A stretch of 64,000 nucleotides of DNA from Myxococcales bacterium. Lineage in GTDB: Bacteria > Myxococcota_A > Polyangia > Polyangiales > Ga0077539. The notes beneath the pieces were generated by a model. The model had not been told where the DNA came from, made no database searches, and saw nothing but the letters and a program-made list of their open reading frames with translations. Below are positions 37,058-46,700 of this stretch, piece after piece. The first letter of the stretch is position 1. Each line of letters begins with the position of its first letter. The stretch is from contig JAEUKI010000056.1 of assembly GCA_016793325.1 (NCBI GenBank), positions 4,221 to 68,220 of the forward strand. Reading direction: 5' to 3'. The position numbers and the translations under genes were made by a program.

Positions 37058-38895
37058 CACTCGATGAATACACGCACACGAATATCGTTGCTCGCCCCGT
37101 CGCGCCACGCGACGGCGAAGCGCCCGGTTCCGCCGAAGGCCGCCGACGGCGTCTCGCGGTTGCCGCCCGCGGGCCCGCCCTCGTCCGCGCTCGCGTTGAG
37201 CTCGAAGTCCGCGGTGCTCGCGTTGAAGCGATTGACGGCCTGAGAGCCATCGACGCGCGCGAGTCGACCGCGGATCGTTCCGCCGGCGTTTTGCCAAGCG
37301 ACGAGGACGGTGCCGCCGGGGCTCATCGCGACGGTCGGCGCGGACTGGTCACCCTCGACCGTGGTTGGAGCGAGTCGATCGGCGCCCATCGGCGCGAGCG
37401 CTCCCGAAAACGCGCGCCAGCGCACGGCGGAGCCGCTGTTGTCCATCGGGTCCGACATGCTCGTGTCGCGCCACGCGACGGCGACGTTGGTTCCGTTGGT
37501 CGCGATCGCGACTTGATCTTGATCACCTGTGGTCTGTGTCGACGCGACGGCAGGTGCGCCCATGAGCGTTCCTGCGCTCGAGATCTTCGCGACGTACACG
37601 TCCTTCGCGCCGACGCCGCCGCTCACCCACGCGGCGGCGAAAGAACCGTCGCTCAGGCCCACGACGACGGGCGAAGACGCGGTCGTCGATCCCGGCATTC
37701 CCGCTGGGACGAGCGGCGCGTCGGCCATCGGCGCCGCGGGCATCGCCGCGAGCGTCGTGCTCGACGTTCGAAGCACACCCGCAGTCGCGTCCTCCCACAC
37801 GAACAAGACGCGCGTGCCGCCGATGGCGACCGATGGATTGATCATCCCGAGCATTCCGCTGCCGGCGGTAGTCGCATTGACCAGCATCTGTTGCGGCGTC
37901 GGCGCGTCGAAGCCCGTCTGCGCGAAGCCGTTGATGTCGAAAACCGTGTTGGTGCGCTCGACCGTCTGCCACACCGCCGCGAATCCCGCGGCCGAAGCAG
38001 CGACGCGAACGGTCTTCTGCTCCCCGCGAGCCATCGAGTCGAGCGGGAGGTCCCTCGCTAGAATAGCGGGGCTTGTAATCAAGCGCCCGTTGGGGTCGAG
38101 CATGCGCACTTGCGGGTCGTCTGTCGCTCCTGCGGGGCTGAACCCGATGACCATGTTCTGCGACGCGGCCCACGCGACGCTCGGCTGGTCCTTGCGGCCC
38201 ATGATGGAGGTCGCGACGCTGAGCTCGGGGATGCGGCAGCGCGCGTTGCAGTACTCGTTGGGCATGCCCTCGTCGCAGATTTCGTTGCTCGAGATCATCG
38301 TGTCGCCGCAGCGGCCGATGTCCGCGACCTCTTGCATCTCGACCGGAACGCTGACGGTCTGACCCGCGTTGGCCATGATCGTCGCGCAGCCCGAGCCGAG
38401 CAGGCGGCGCACGGTGCTGCCGCCGGGCCCCGGTGCGCTGCCCGAGCCTTCGATGAGCACGATGTACGTCTTGCCACCGGGGACGCGCTGCATCTGCATC
38501 GTCCCAGTTTTGGGAAAGCACGTGTCGACGGGGGTCGCTTCACCGTTCTCCATGCGGAGCTGCGCCCAACGCGTGGTGTCGCATCGCTCGTGCGGCGGAA
38601 CGCTTCGTCCCGCGACCGTCGCGTACGGATCGGTCCCCGTCAGTCGCCCCGTCATGGTGTCGCACGCGATGTCACCCGTGCGCTCGAACACGCGGAGGTG
38701 AAGCTGCTCGTCCAAGCGATCGAGCGTGATCTGCGGAACACGCACGCGCATCGCGAGCGGCGCAGGCGCGTCCGTTGCGGCAGGGGCACATCCCGCGGCG
38801 AGCGCGCTGGCGCTGGCGAGCAACGACAAGAGCGAGCGCGTTGACGCGGCGCGATGCGCCCCCGCGATCCGCGCCTCGGGGCGCGAGCGTTCCAT
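37057..38895 (-). CDS. Hypothetical secreted lipoprotein (613 aa), translationally coupled (TGATG overlap) to the STK-FGE gene
   Basis: Lipobox LLSLLASASALAAGC. Beta-rich repetitive body (A/G/T-rich with VAWRD/VAWQN repeats). Confidence 0.6.
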   Translation of the reverse strand: MERSRPEARIAGAHRAASTRSLLSLLASASALAAGCAPAATDAPAPLAMRVRVPQITLDRLDEQLHLRVFERTGDIACDTMTGRLTGTDPYATVAGRSVPPHERCDTTRWAQLRMENGEATPVDTCFPKTGTMQMQRVPGGKTYIVLIEGSGSAPGPGGSTVRRLLGSGCATIMANAGQTVSVPVEMQEVADIGRCGDTMISSNEICDEGMPNEYCNARCRIPELSVATSIMGRKDQPSVAWAASQNMVIGFSPAGATDDPQVRMLDPNGRLITSPAILARDLPLDSMARGEQKTVRVAASAAGFAAVWQTVERTNTVFDINGFAQTGFDAPTPQQMLVNATTAGSGMLGMINPSVAIGGTRVLFVWEDATAGVLRTSSTTLAAMPAAPMADAPLVPAGMPGSTTASSPVVVGLSDGSFAAAWVSGGVGAKDVYVAKISSAGTLMGAPAVASTQTTGDQDQVAIATNGTNVAVAWRDTSMSDPMDNSGSAVRWRAFSGALAPMGADRLAPTTVEGDQSAPTVAMSPGGTVLVAWQNAGGTIRGRLARVDGSQAVNRFNASTADFELNASADEGGPAGGNRETPSAAFGGTGRFAVAWRDGASNDIRVRVFIE

Positions 38896-38958
38896 GACCA
38901 TGCGCGGAGTGTACCAGCGACTCTGCGCGATACGGGAGCAACTACGTGCGCGATCAAA

Positions 38959-39657
38959 TCATCGCGCCAGGCTCGGGTCCGACGGCAGCGGAACCCAGGC
39001 AAATCGCTGCGCGGACCGGCATCGCGGCGCGTCGACCACCACCGTTCGAACGCTCTGCGGCAGCCATCGGGCCGCCGAGAGCCGCTGCCACTCGGCCGCG
39101 CTCGGCACGAACAAGTCGATGTGGTGGCCGATGATCGCACCTCCGCCGTCGACCGCGACGAAGCATCCGTCGTGCAGCGTTCCGTCGGGCAGGGGCATGC
39201 CCGCGAGCTCGGCCATCTCCACGGTGTGACCGATCGGGATGTACCTGCGATCGACCGCCAGCGAGCGATACGGAACGAGCGAGTAGCCCTGCACGCCGAT
39301 TCCGTAGGGATAACTCCCGCGATCGACCTCGACGAAGCACGCGCGAGCGCCTTCGCGACCGTCCCAGTTGAGCAAGCGATCGTCCCAGGTGAGGCCCGTT
39401 CCTTCCATCGACAAGTCCGCGACAAAGTTGGGACACGCGTAGGTGATCGGGTGCCCGCCCCGCGCGAACAGCGGCGCGGCGCGGCGGTCGCGCTCGCCTG
39501 CGCGCTCGCGCGCGATCCAGTACTCGGTGAGCTGCCAGCGGCCCGGATAGCGAATGGGGCCGTCCGCGCGCGACGCGGGATTCGCGACGAGCAGGGAGAG
39601 AAATAGAGCGAGCACGACGGAGGTGTGCTGCGCTGTGTCGTTTCGTGCGTGACGCAT
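38959..39657 (-). CDS. 3D-domain (MltA-like) lipoprotein/cell-wall binding protein
   Basis: Start MRHARND. Signal VVLALFLSLLVANPASRA. 3D-domain conserved acidic-residue pattern (RYIPIGHTVEM...LHDGCFVAVDGGGAIIGHHIDLF). Confidence 0.7.
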   Translation of the reverse strand: MRHARNDTAQHTSVVLALFLSLLVANPASRADGPIRYPGRWQLTEYWIARERAGERDRRAAPLFARGGHPITYACPNFVADLSMEGTGLTWDDRLLNWDGREGARACFVEVDRGSYPYGIGVQGYSLVPYRSLAVDRRYIPIGHTVEMAELAGMPLPDGTLHDGCFVAVDGGGAIIGHHIDLFVPSAAEWQRLSAARWLPQSVRTVVVDAPRCRSAQRFAWVPLPSDPSLAR

Positions 39658-39700
39658 CGCGCGGTGGATTCTCGCAGAAAAGTCGTTCACAACCAGTGTC

Positions 39701-40276
39701 ATGGAAGCCCGGAGGAGCGAGGCGCACGACCGTGCGCTGGTCATTGCGGCGACGCCCGTGATCGAGACCGAGCGACTCGCGCTCGTCCCGATGACGTTGT
39801 CGATCGTCGAGGCGGTCATGCTCGATCGACGCGAGGACGCGCGGCGGCTCATCGCGGCGGACATGCCGAAGCGATGGCCCGGACGAGCGCTCGTCGAGCG
39901 CGCGTTCTCCGCCTCGCTCGACCGCATTCGCGCGGCGCCCGAGCGCAGATTGTGGGGCGATCGGCTGATGATCGTGAAGGGCGAGCGCCCGAGGGTCGTC
40001 GGCAGCGTCGTGTTTCACGGGTTTCCCGAGGACGGGATCGCCGAGGTGGGCTACGGCGTGGACGAAGACGTTCAACGCATGGGGTACGCGACCGAAGCGA
40101 CGCGCGCCGCGGTCGACTGGGCGCTCGAGCAAGCTCCCATCCGCGCGGTGCGCGCGACGACGTTTCCGTGGCACCGCGCGTCGGTGCGAGTTCTCGAAAA
40201 AGTGGGGATGCGCAAGGTCGCCGTCGACGAGCACGACGTGCTCGGCGAGCAGTGGATCTTCGAGCGCGTTCGCTGA
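39701..40276 (+). CDS. GNAT family N-acetyltransferase (RimJ/RimL-like, Acetyltransf_3)
   Basis: TERLALVPMT...GYGVDEDVQRMGYATEATRAAVDWA...RASVRVLEKVGM pattern. Confidence 0.75.
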   Translation: MEARRSEAHDRALVIAATPVIETERLALVPMTLSIVEAVMLDRREDARRLIAADMPKRWPGRALVERAFSASLDRIRAAPERRLWGDRLMIVKGERPRVVGSVVFHGFPEDGIAEVGYGVDEDVQRMGYATEATRAAVDWALEQAPIRAVRATTFPWHRASVRVLEKVGMRKVAVDEHDVLGEQWIFERVR

Positions 40277-40388
40277 ACCGCCACTCATTCGATCGCCACA
40301 CTTTCGTCGATCGATTCGTGGCGGTTCGACTTGATTTCAACCACGCCGATACTCGGCTCAGTTCTACGACGTTCAATTGGGGCGTGGT
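40276..40388. ncRNA. Copy B of the ~113-nt conserved intergenic element (see 28507..28619)
   Basis: ~83% nucleotide identity to copy A in the same orientation. Lies between the GNAT gene and lipB. Confidence 0.4.
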
Positions 40389-40450
40389 GCAGCGCGCATC
40401 GCCCGTGGCGCGAGGGCGCAAAGTGCGCCATGGTCGCCCCGCGCAACGAG

Positions 40451-41164
40451 ATGACCACGCAACGAACCTTCGCGGCCCGATGGCTCGGTCGCGTCCCGTA
40501 CGAGCGCGCGACGGCGCTGCAGCTCGAGCACTTCGAGCGCCGAAAGCGCGGCGAAGGCACGGACACGCTCCTCTTGCTCGAGCACGACCCGGTCCTCACG
40601 CTCGGTCGCAGCGCAGACGGGTCGAACGTCGTGATCAGCGACGAAGAGCGCCTCGCGCGCGGCGTAGACCTCGTCTCGACGACGCGCGGCGGGGACGTGA
40701 CCTACCACGGCCCGGGGCAGCTCGTGGCGTATCCGATCTTCGATCTACGGCCGGATCGATGCGACGTTCGAAAATATGTGCGCGACCTCGTCGAGGTGAT
40801 GTCTCGGCTGTGCGCGGACTTCGGCGTCGGCGCAGGGCCGCACTCGAACATGATCGGCGCGTGGGTCGACCTCGACGCGCCCCGCGACAAGTGGCCCGGC
40901 GACGCGGCCGCGAAGCACCCTGCGAAGATCGGCGCGATCGGCGTGAAGATCTCGCGCTGGATCACGATGCACGGCTTCGCGCTCAACGTCCGGACGAAGC
41001 TCGATGACTTCGCCATGATCGTCCCGTGCGGAATCGCCGAGCACCCAGTGTGCTCGCTCGAGTCCATCGGCGTGAGTGACGCGCCGGGACTCGCCTGGTT
41101 CGCTCGGCGCGCGGTGGGACACTTCGAAGACGTCTTCTCGGCGCGCTGCGTCGATGGTCCATGA
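40451..41164 (+). CDS. lipB: Lipoyl(octanoyl) transferase
   Basis: Start MTTQRTF. LipB motifs (RWLGRVPYERA, HDPVLTLGR, GGDVTYHGPGQLVAYPI, KIGAIGVKISRWITMHGFALNV with catalytic Cys region PCGI). Confidence 0.85.
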   Translation: MTTQRTFAARWLGRVPYERATALQLEHFERRKRGEGTDTLLLLEHDPVLTLGRSADGSNVVISDEERLARGVDLVSTTRGGDVTYHGPGQLVAYPIFDLRPDRCDVRKYVRDLVEVMSRLCADFGVGAGPHSNMIGAWVDLDAPRDKWPGDAAAKHPAKIGAIGVKISRWITMHGFALNVRTKLDDFAMIVPCGIAEHPVCSLESIGVSDAPGLAWFARRAVGHFEDVFSARCVDGP

Positions 41165-42660
41165 CCGCGATCGATCGCGACGATCCTCGGGACGATCTCG
41201 ACGCGCTCGAACGACGCGCGCTCGACGACCGCGACGCGCTCGAAGCGCTGCTCGTTCGGTGCGCCGCGATCGCCCGTGAATCGCACCTGTTTTCGCCGGA
41301 CCCCGACGCCTTCGCGCGGTGCGGTCGCGCGATCGAGCTCTTCGACCTCGCCTCGCTCGACGGCGCCCCGCTCGGTGAGCGCTCGCGCGAAGCGGTCGCG
41401 CAACTCTCGAGCGCACTCGGTCGTCGCGCCCTCGCTGATGGTGCCCCCGAGCTCGCGGTGACGCAGCTCGAACGCGCTCGGAGCGCAGCGCTGCGAGCGC
41501 CGAGCGAACGCGCGGTCGTGCTCCACGATCTCGCGCAGTGCTACGAAGTCCTCAGCGACGCGGCGACCGCGGAGGCTCGTTGGCGCGAGTGCCTCGATGC
41601 GTGCGCCGAGAGCGCGCCGTCGGTCGAGCGCGATTTCTACGAGCGGACGTCCGCCGAGCGGCTCGCGTCGAGCGCTCGATCGCGAAACGATCGCCTCGAG
41701 GCGCAGCGATTCGAGCGCATCGCGGACGCGTGCGACGACCGCGAGATCGAGCGCGAGGTCGCGCAAAACGCGGAAGCCGAGCGTTTTTTCAGCGCGGCGT
41801 GGGACGGGACAACGCCGCCACAGATCGCCCACGAGGCGCGGTGGATCGAGCGCTCGCAGGGCGTGGTTCACGCGACACGACCAAGCGAAGTCACGCGCGC
41901 CGAGGACCTCGTCGCGACCGTCGAGTGTCCGATCATCTTCGGTCCCGCGCGAGACGATCGCTGCCTATGCGGCGCGGTCGAGGGACGATCGCAGCGCGGC
42001 GTTGTGTGCGATCGGTGCGGCGTCGAAGTGCAGCGCGCGGCGCGGAGGCGAGCGCGGTTCGGGCACATCGAGCTCGCCGAGCGGCGCTTCCACCCGTGCG
42101 CGCTCGTCGACGGCGCGTTCGGCTCGCTCGTGTCGCTCGCGCTCGACCTCGACCCTGCGCGGCTGGCGTTGGTGCGCTCGCGCGCTCGGTGCATTCGCTA
42201 CCTCGCGCGCTCGCCGCGCGGGGTCGACACGTTGGCGCCGGACTCCGAAGAGCTCGCGGCGTTCGACGCGGGCCGAGGAGACCCAGCGTTCAACGTCGCG
42301 ACCGGCGACGAGGCGATCATGGACGCGCTCGCGTCGCTCGATGCCCGGGGCGCGCGTGACGAGGTGCAGCTCGAGCTTCGCGCGCTTCGCGCACACAAGA
42401 CCGCCCATCGAGCGGACGTTCGTTCGCGCGTCGATTGGCTCGCGGCGCGGGGCGAAGCGCTCGCGCTGCTCGAAGCGGGCGCGTCGCTGTTGATCGAGCG
42501 CGTTCCCGTGCTGTCGCAGCCGCGGCTCGCCGAGATGGGGCGCAGCGACGCGGTGACGCCATTGTACGAGGCGCTGCTCGGGGCCCAGAGCGGCCACGAA
42601 ATCGACGTCGCGCTCGCGGCGCTGGTGCGTGCGTTTGCAGCGACGCCAACACACGCGTGA
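41161..42660 (+). CDS. Hypothetical protein containing an RNA-polymerase beta-prime N-terminal zinc-ribbon (ZBD)-like segment; start overlaps lipB stop (ATGA)
   Basis: Residues ~250-310: AEDLVATVECPIIFGPARDDRCLCGAVEGRSQRGVVCDRCGVEVQRAARRRARFGHIELA. E. coli RpoC 58-105: [57 protein letters not shown]. Identical CxC-12-CxxC spacing. The rest of the protein is helical with no RNAP similarity. Confidence 0.65.
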   Translation: MTAIDRDDPRDDLDALERRALDDRDALEALLVRCAAIARESHLFSPDPDAFARCGRAIELFDLASLDGAPLGERSREAVAQLSSALGRRALADGAPELAVTQLERARSAALRAPSERAVVLHDLAQCYEVLSDAATAEARWRECLDACAESAPSVERDFYERTSAERLASSARSRNDRLEAQRFERIADACDDREIEREVAQNAEAERFFSAAWDGTTPPQIAHEARWIERSQGVVHATRPSEVTRAEDLVATVECPIIFGPARDDRCLCGAVEGRSQRGVVCDRCGVEVQRAARRRARFGHIELAERRFHPCALVDGAFGSLVSLALDLDPARLALVRSRARCIRYLARSPRGVDTLAPDSEELAAFDAGRGDPAFNVATGDEAIMDALASLDARGARDEVQLELRALRAHKTAHRADVRSRVDWLAARGEALALLEAGASLLIERVPVLSQPRLAEMGRSDAVTPLYEALLGAQSGHEIDVALAALVRAFAATPTHA

Positions 42661-43711
42661 CGGTGGGTGTCGCCGCACCGTTGTAGTGAAGGTCCATCGC
42701 GGCCCAGCCGTTAGCGCGGTCGGGTACGGCGATGTCGTCCGCGCCGTTCGATGGACATTGGCTGGCGTCGGCGTGAAGTCGTGACCTTGCGCGACGCGAC
42801 GCGATGACTAGTCTCCGAACCCATCGGTTCTGGTCACTCATCGAGGCGGTATCGCCGACGACGGAGCAGCCAAGAAGAGGCGCGGATCGGTGATCGAAGC
42901 CACCGATTCACGCGTCCCCGAAGCACGACAACCGCCGTCGACCACGGCCACTTTGAAGAGAGCGACCATGATCAATCGAAGCACCCTGGGTCGGACGAGC
43001 GCTGCTCGCCGACCCTCGGCGGAACACATTCGCGCTCCGCCCCGTTGAAGCAAACGCTAACTCGACGCTTCGGCGACGAGTCGTTCGTCACTGAATCGAA
43101 CCAACGACGACAGAGTTGCCCGCGACGAGCGGGCGCAGAAGGATTCGAGAGTACGGAGTCTGCACGAGCTACATGGGCCACACGATCGCTGCCGAGACGA
43201 CAGAGGGACTTCGCGCCCGACGTCGCGCGACGCAGAGAGCGTAAATGGTCAAAGGAGCAGTGGTTCATCTGGCGCAGAGCCAGCCACGCTCCGTCGGGCC
43301 GCGCGAGTTCGGCGACGTCTCCGGTGGGAGCAGTCGCGCGCGGGATTCGATGCCCTCCTTCAACCACCTTTTGGGCATCTTTGAATCACAAAAGCCCTAC
43401 CCCGACGCGCCGAACAATCGATGGACCTCCAACGCGCTCATTCTTCTGAACACACAACACGAAGATCGAACTCGCGCACGGCGCCCGCCAACTCCGACAT
43501 ATGGCTCTGATCGGAGAGCGGCGCCCGCGAGGGACGACTTCGACACGACGCGCAAGCGACTCGAGACACGACGACCGAGCCTCCCCCGCTCGGACGGCGG
43601 TTCGACGCGCTTCATCCCGTCGTCTGCCCTCCGAAACCGCGCGGATGTGCGTCCCCCACGGCGCGCGGCGTCGCGCAGGACCCACGAAGGCTGCGGTATA
43701 CAGACACGCCC

Positions 43712-46700
43712 GTGCAACGCTCGACTCTCGCTCCTGTGCTCAATGACGTCGGCCTCTGGCGTGCGCTCACAGAGCGCGATCGCGTGGAGTGCACGGACGA
43801 GCAGATCGCTGCGGCGTTCGACGCTGTCGCATCGCGGTCGGTGCGGCGACGCATCGCGCTGCTCGGGCTCGCTGCGACGGCGGCGATGACCCACCCGAGC
43901 GCGCTCGTTCGCGCCTCTGCCCATCGCGCGCTCATCGGCGCTCGTGGAACGCGCGCGCACGCCGCCATCGCCCGAGGCCTCGACGACGACGACGGCGCCG
44001 TCCGCCGCGCCGCGGTCGAATCGCTGCGCGCGCTCGCGAGCGCCGAACCCGAGCGGTGGATCCACGCCGTCGTGCACAGCCGAGCGGACGTTCGTGAGAT
44101 CGCCGTCGAGCTCGGGCCACCGCCGCGCGCCGAGGTGTTCGAACTCCCGTTGCTCGCGGACGAGGCGGCGCGCCCGAAGGTCCTGCCGCGCATCGAGCGC
44201 TGGGCCAAGGCGTCGACGTCGGTTCCCGCGTTCGCGGTCCCCGCGTTGCTCGACTCGACCGTGCGCGGATGGCTGCCGTTGTCGACGGCGCGAGCGATCA
44301 TCGACCGCGTTCCGACGGATCGATTGGGCCAGTGGCTGTTCGACCAAGCCGGACGAGGGCACCTCACCGATCCCGCCGAAGTCGCAGCGACCAACGCCGA
44401 CTCGACAGACCCGCTCGACGCGCTGCTCGAGCTCGAGTGGTCCCGTGAAGCGCCCACGAAGATTCCGTCCGACGCCCTGTGGTGGAAGTTGATCGGCCCC
44501 GTCGCCGATCAGTTCGACCAACTTCGACTGCGCTTCGCCGCGTCTGCGTGGGCGCTCGCGAAGCGCAAGGGCTACTGGTCCGCCTCGGGCCTCGCGGCGT
44601 GCGTGCTCTTTGCGCCGCAGTCGCTGCGCGGCGTCGAGATCCCTCCCGATTTCGTCGAGACCATCGTCGCCGCGAGCGTTCACGCGCAGCAGGCCTCGAT
44701 TCTGCTCGCGACGCGGCCTTCGATCGAGCGCATCGACGCGATTCGCGCCAAGCGCTCGACGCTCGATCGAGACGAAGTGCTCGCGGTCGCGATCGCGGCG
44801 ACGATGCAGCCGGGCTCTCGCTTCGAGGTGGCCTTGCACGCGCTCGGTCGAGATCGCCTCGTCGACGCGGTCGTTGCGTTTCCACGAGCGGCTGCGCTGC
44901 TGTTCGTCGATCCGGCGAGCTCGCTGGGAGCGTGCATCGATGTGCTCGATCTCGCGCGAGCGCGCTCGCCCGAGGCGGTCACCGAGCTCGCAGACCGCCT
45001 GTTGACCCTCGGCGGCGTCGAGCCCTTCTCAGTCTTCGACCTCGTCGGTCCGAGCGCTTCGCACGCGGCGCTGAAAGCCCACTGCGAGCGGCTCGCGCCG
45101 ACCCATCGGTCCATCGACCCACGAATTCAACTATGCCGTTCGATCGCAGGCGAAGCGCTCCCGACGCTGCTCGACGCGATCTTGTCTCGGCCCGACGTCG
45201 ACCCGCTGTTGCTTCGCTGGCTGCTCGCGGCGCTCGAGACCGAGCCGTGCGACGCGCTCGCGGCGTACATCACGCGCCGCGCCGCGCCCAACACACGCGC
45301 GATGCGCGCGCTCCTCGCGGCGATCGAGTCCTCGCATGCGCCCGCGGTCGCGCTCGCGCGCGTCGCGCAGAGCGCGGTCGAAGAGCGCGTCGCCCGAGCC
45401 GATCCAGCCCGAGAGCGCGCCGACGAGGCGATCGAACCGCCCGCAGCGACGGTCCCGGCTGTTGTCTCGGCGCCCGATGTCGCGCCGCCGGACGGGCAAG
45501 CGCTCGACGACTTGACCTACGTCTCGGATGAAGAGCTCGAAGATTTGGTCAAGCCATTCTTGCGCTGGCCGGTCACGGGCGTCGCCGCTGCGCTCGAGCT
45601 CCGAGAGTCACCTTCGCCCAACCCGTGGCTGTGCGCTGCGCTTCTGCGCGCGCACGACGCCGCTGAGCACGTCGCTCGCGTGCTCGCGACGTTTTGGCCG
45701 ACGGACCCCGAGACGCTCGCGACGCTCGACGAGCTCGTGGCCTCCAAGCTCGGGGCCTTCGATGACCTCGGGATGCTCGCGTCCGCGTGGCTCTTTCGCT
45801 GGGAGAAACACGCGCGGCGCTTCGTCGAGCTCGCCACGCAGTCCGGGTCGCTCGCGCAGGTGCTCGCCACGGTCGATCGATGGCCCGAGCCCCTCGCGGC
45901 TCGCGCGTGGAGCGCCGCCGCGCGCGTGCTCGAGACCACGGCGGCCCGCGGCGGGTCCGACGCCGTGAGCCCCGAGCTGTGGACGCCGATCGCGCGACTT
46001 GCGATCGACGAGATGTCCGGAGACGACGTTCCGCTCGTGCGAGACGAAGCGGCGCGATTTCTCGCGGCCGCGTCTCGAGCGCCGGCGTCGCGCGCGATCA
46101 TCGAGCCGCTCCGCGCCGACGCCACCGCGCTCCGTCCGTCGCTGAGCGCAGAGCGATCCGCGCTGCTCGGCGCCTGGCTCGATCGCGTCGCGACCGAGCG
46201 CCGTCCGCTCGCGACCGAGATCCTCGCGCGTCGACAACAACTCGAGAAGCTCCGACACGGACCGAAAGAAGCTGCGGCCGAGCTCGTCGCCGAGCTCGCG
46301 ACGTCCGCCGACGGTCGAGCGCTGATCTTGTACGCGCTCGAGCAAGAGCCGCGACCGCGCGCGTTCGACGAGCTCAACGCGGAGGTCGCGCGATGGCGGG
46401 GCGCGCTCGCGGCGAAGGTCGACGAGGTCCTCGCCACGAGGCCCGTGGCGCTCGCGGTCGACGTCGAGCTCGCCCGCGCGAAAGCGGGAGATCCCGACGC
46501 GTGGGCGCGCGCCGCGAAGCGCCTCTTCGAGTGCGACGAGCTCGTCGACGCGCGAACGATTCACGCGGTAGCGAGCGACGAAGCGCAGCGCAGCGAGCTC
46601 GCGTTCGCGTGGCTCGACGCGCGCTCTGCGTCCGTGCGGCACTGGGCGATCGAGCAGGCGCTCGTGTACGGGGACGTCGCGGGCAGCGCGCTCTCGACGC

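Noticed and set aside
43290-43420. Possible tRNA-like T-arm (GGGATTCGATGCCC / GGCGGTTCGACGCGC) in the non-coding island
   Set aside because: No acceptor stem, anticodon arm or CCA-compatible 3' end could be assembled. Likely chance TTCGA occurrences.
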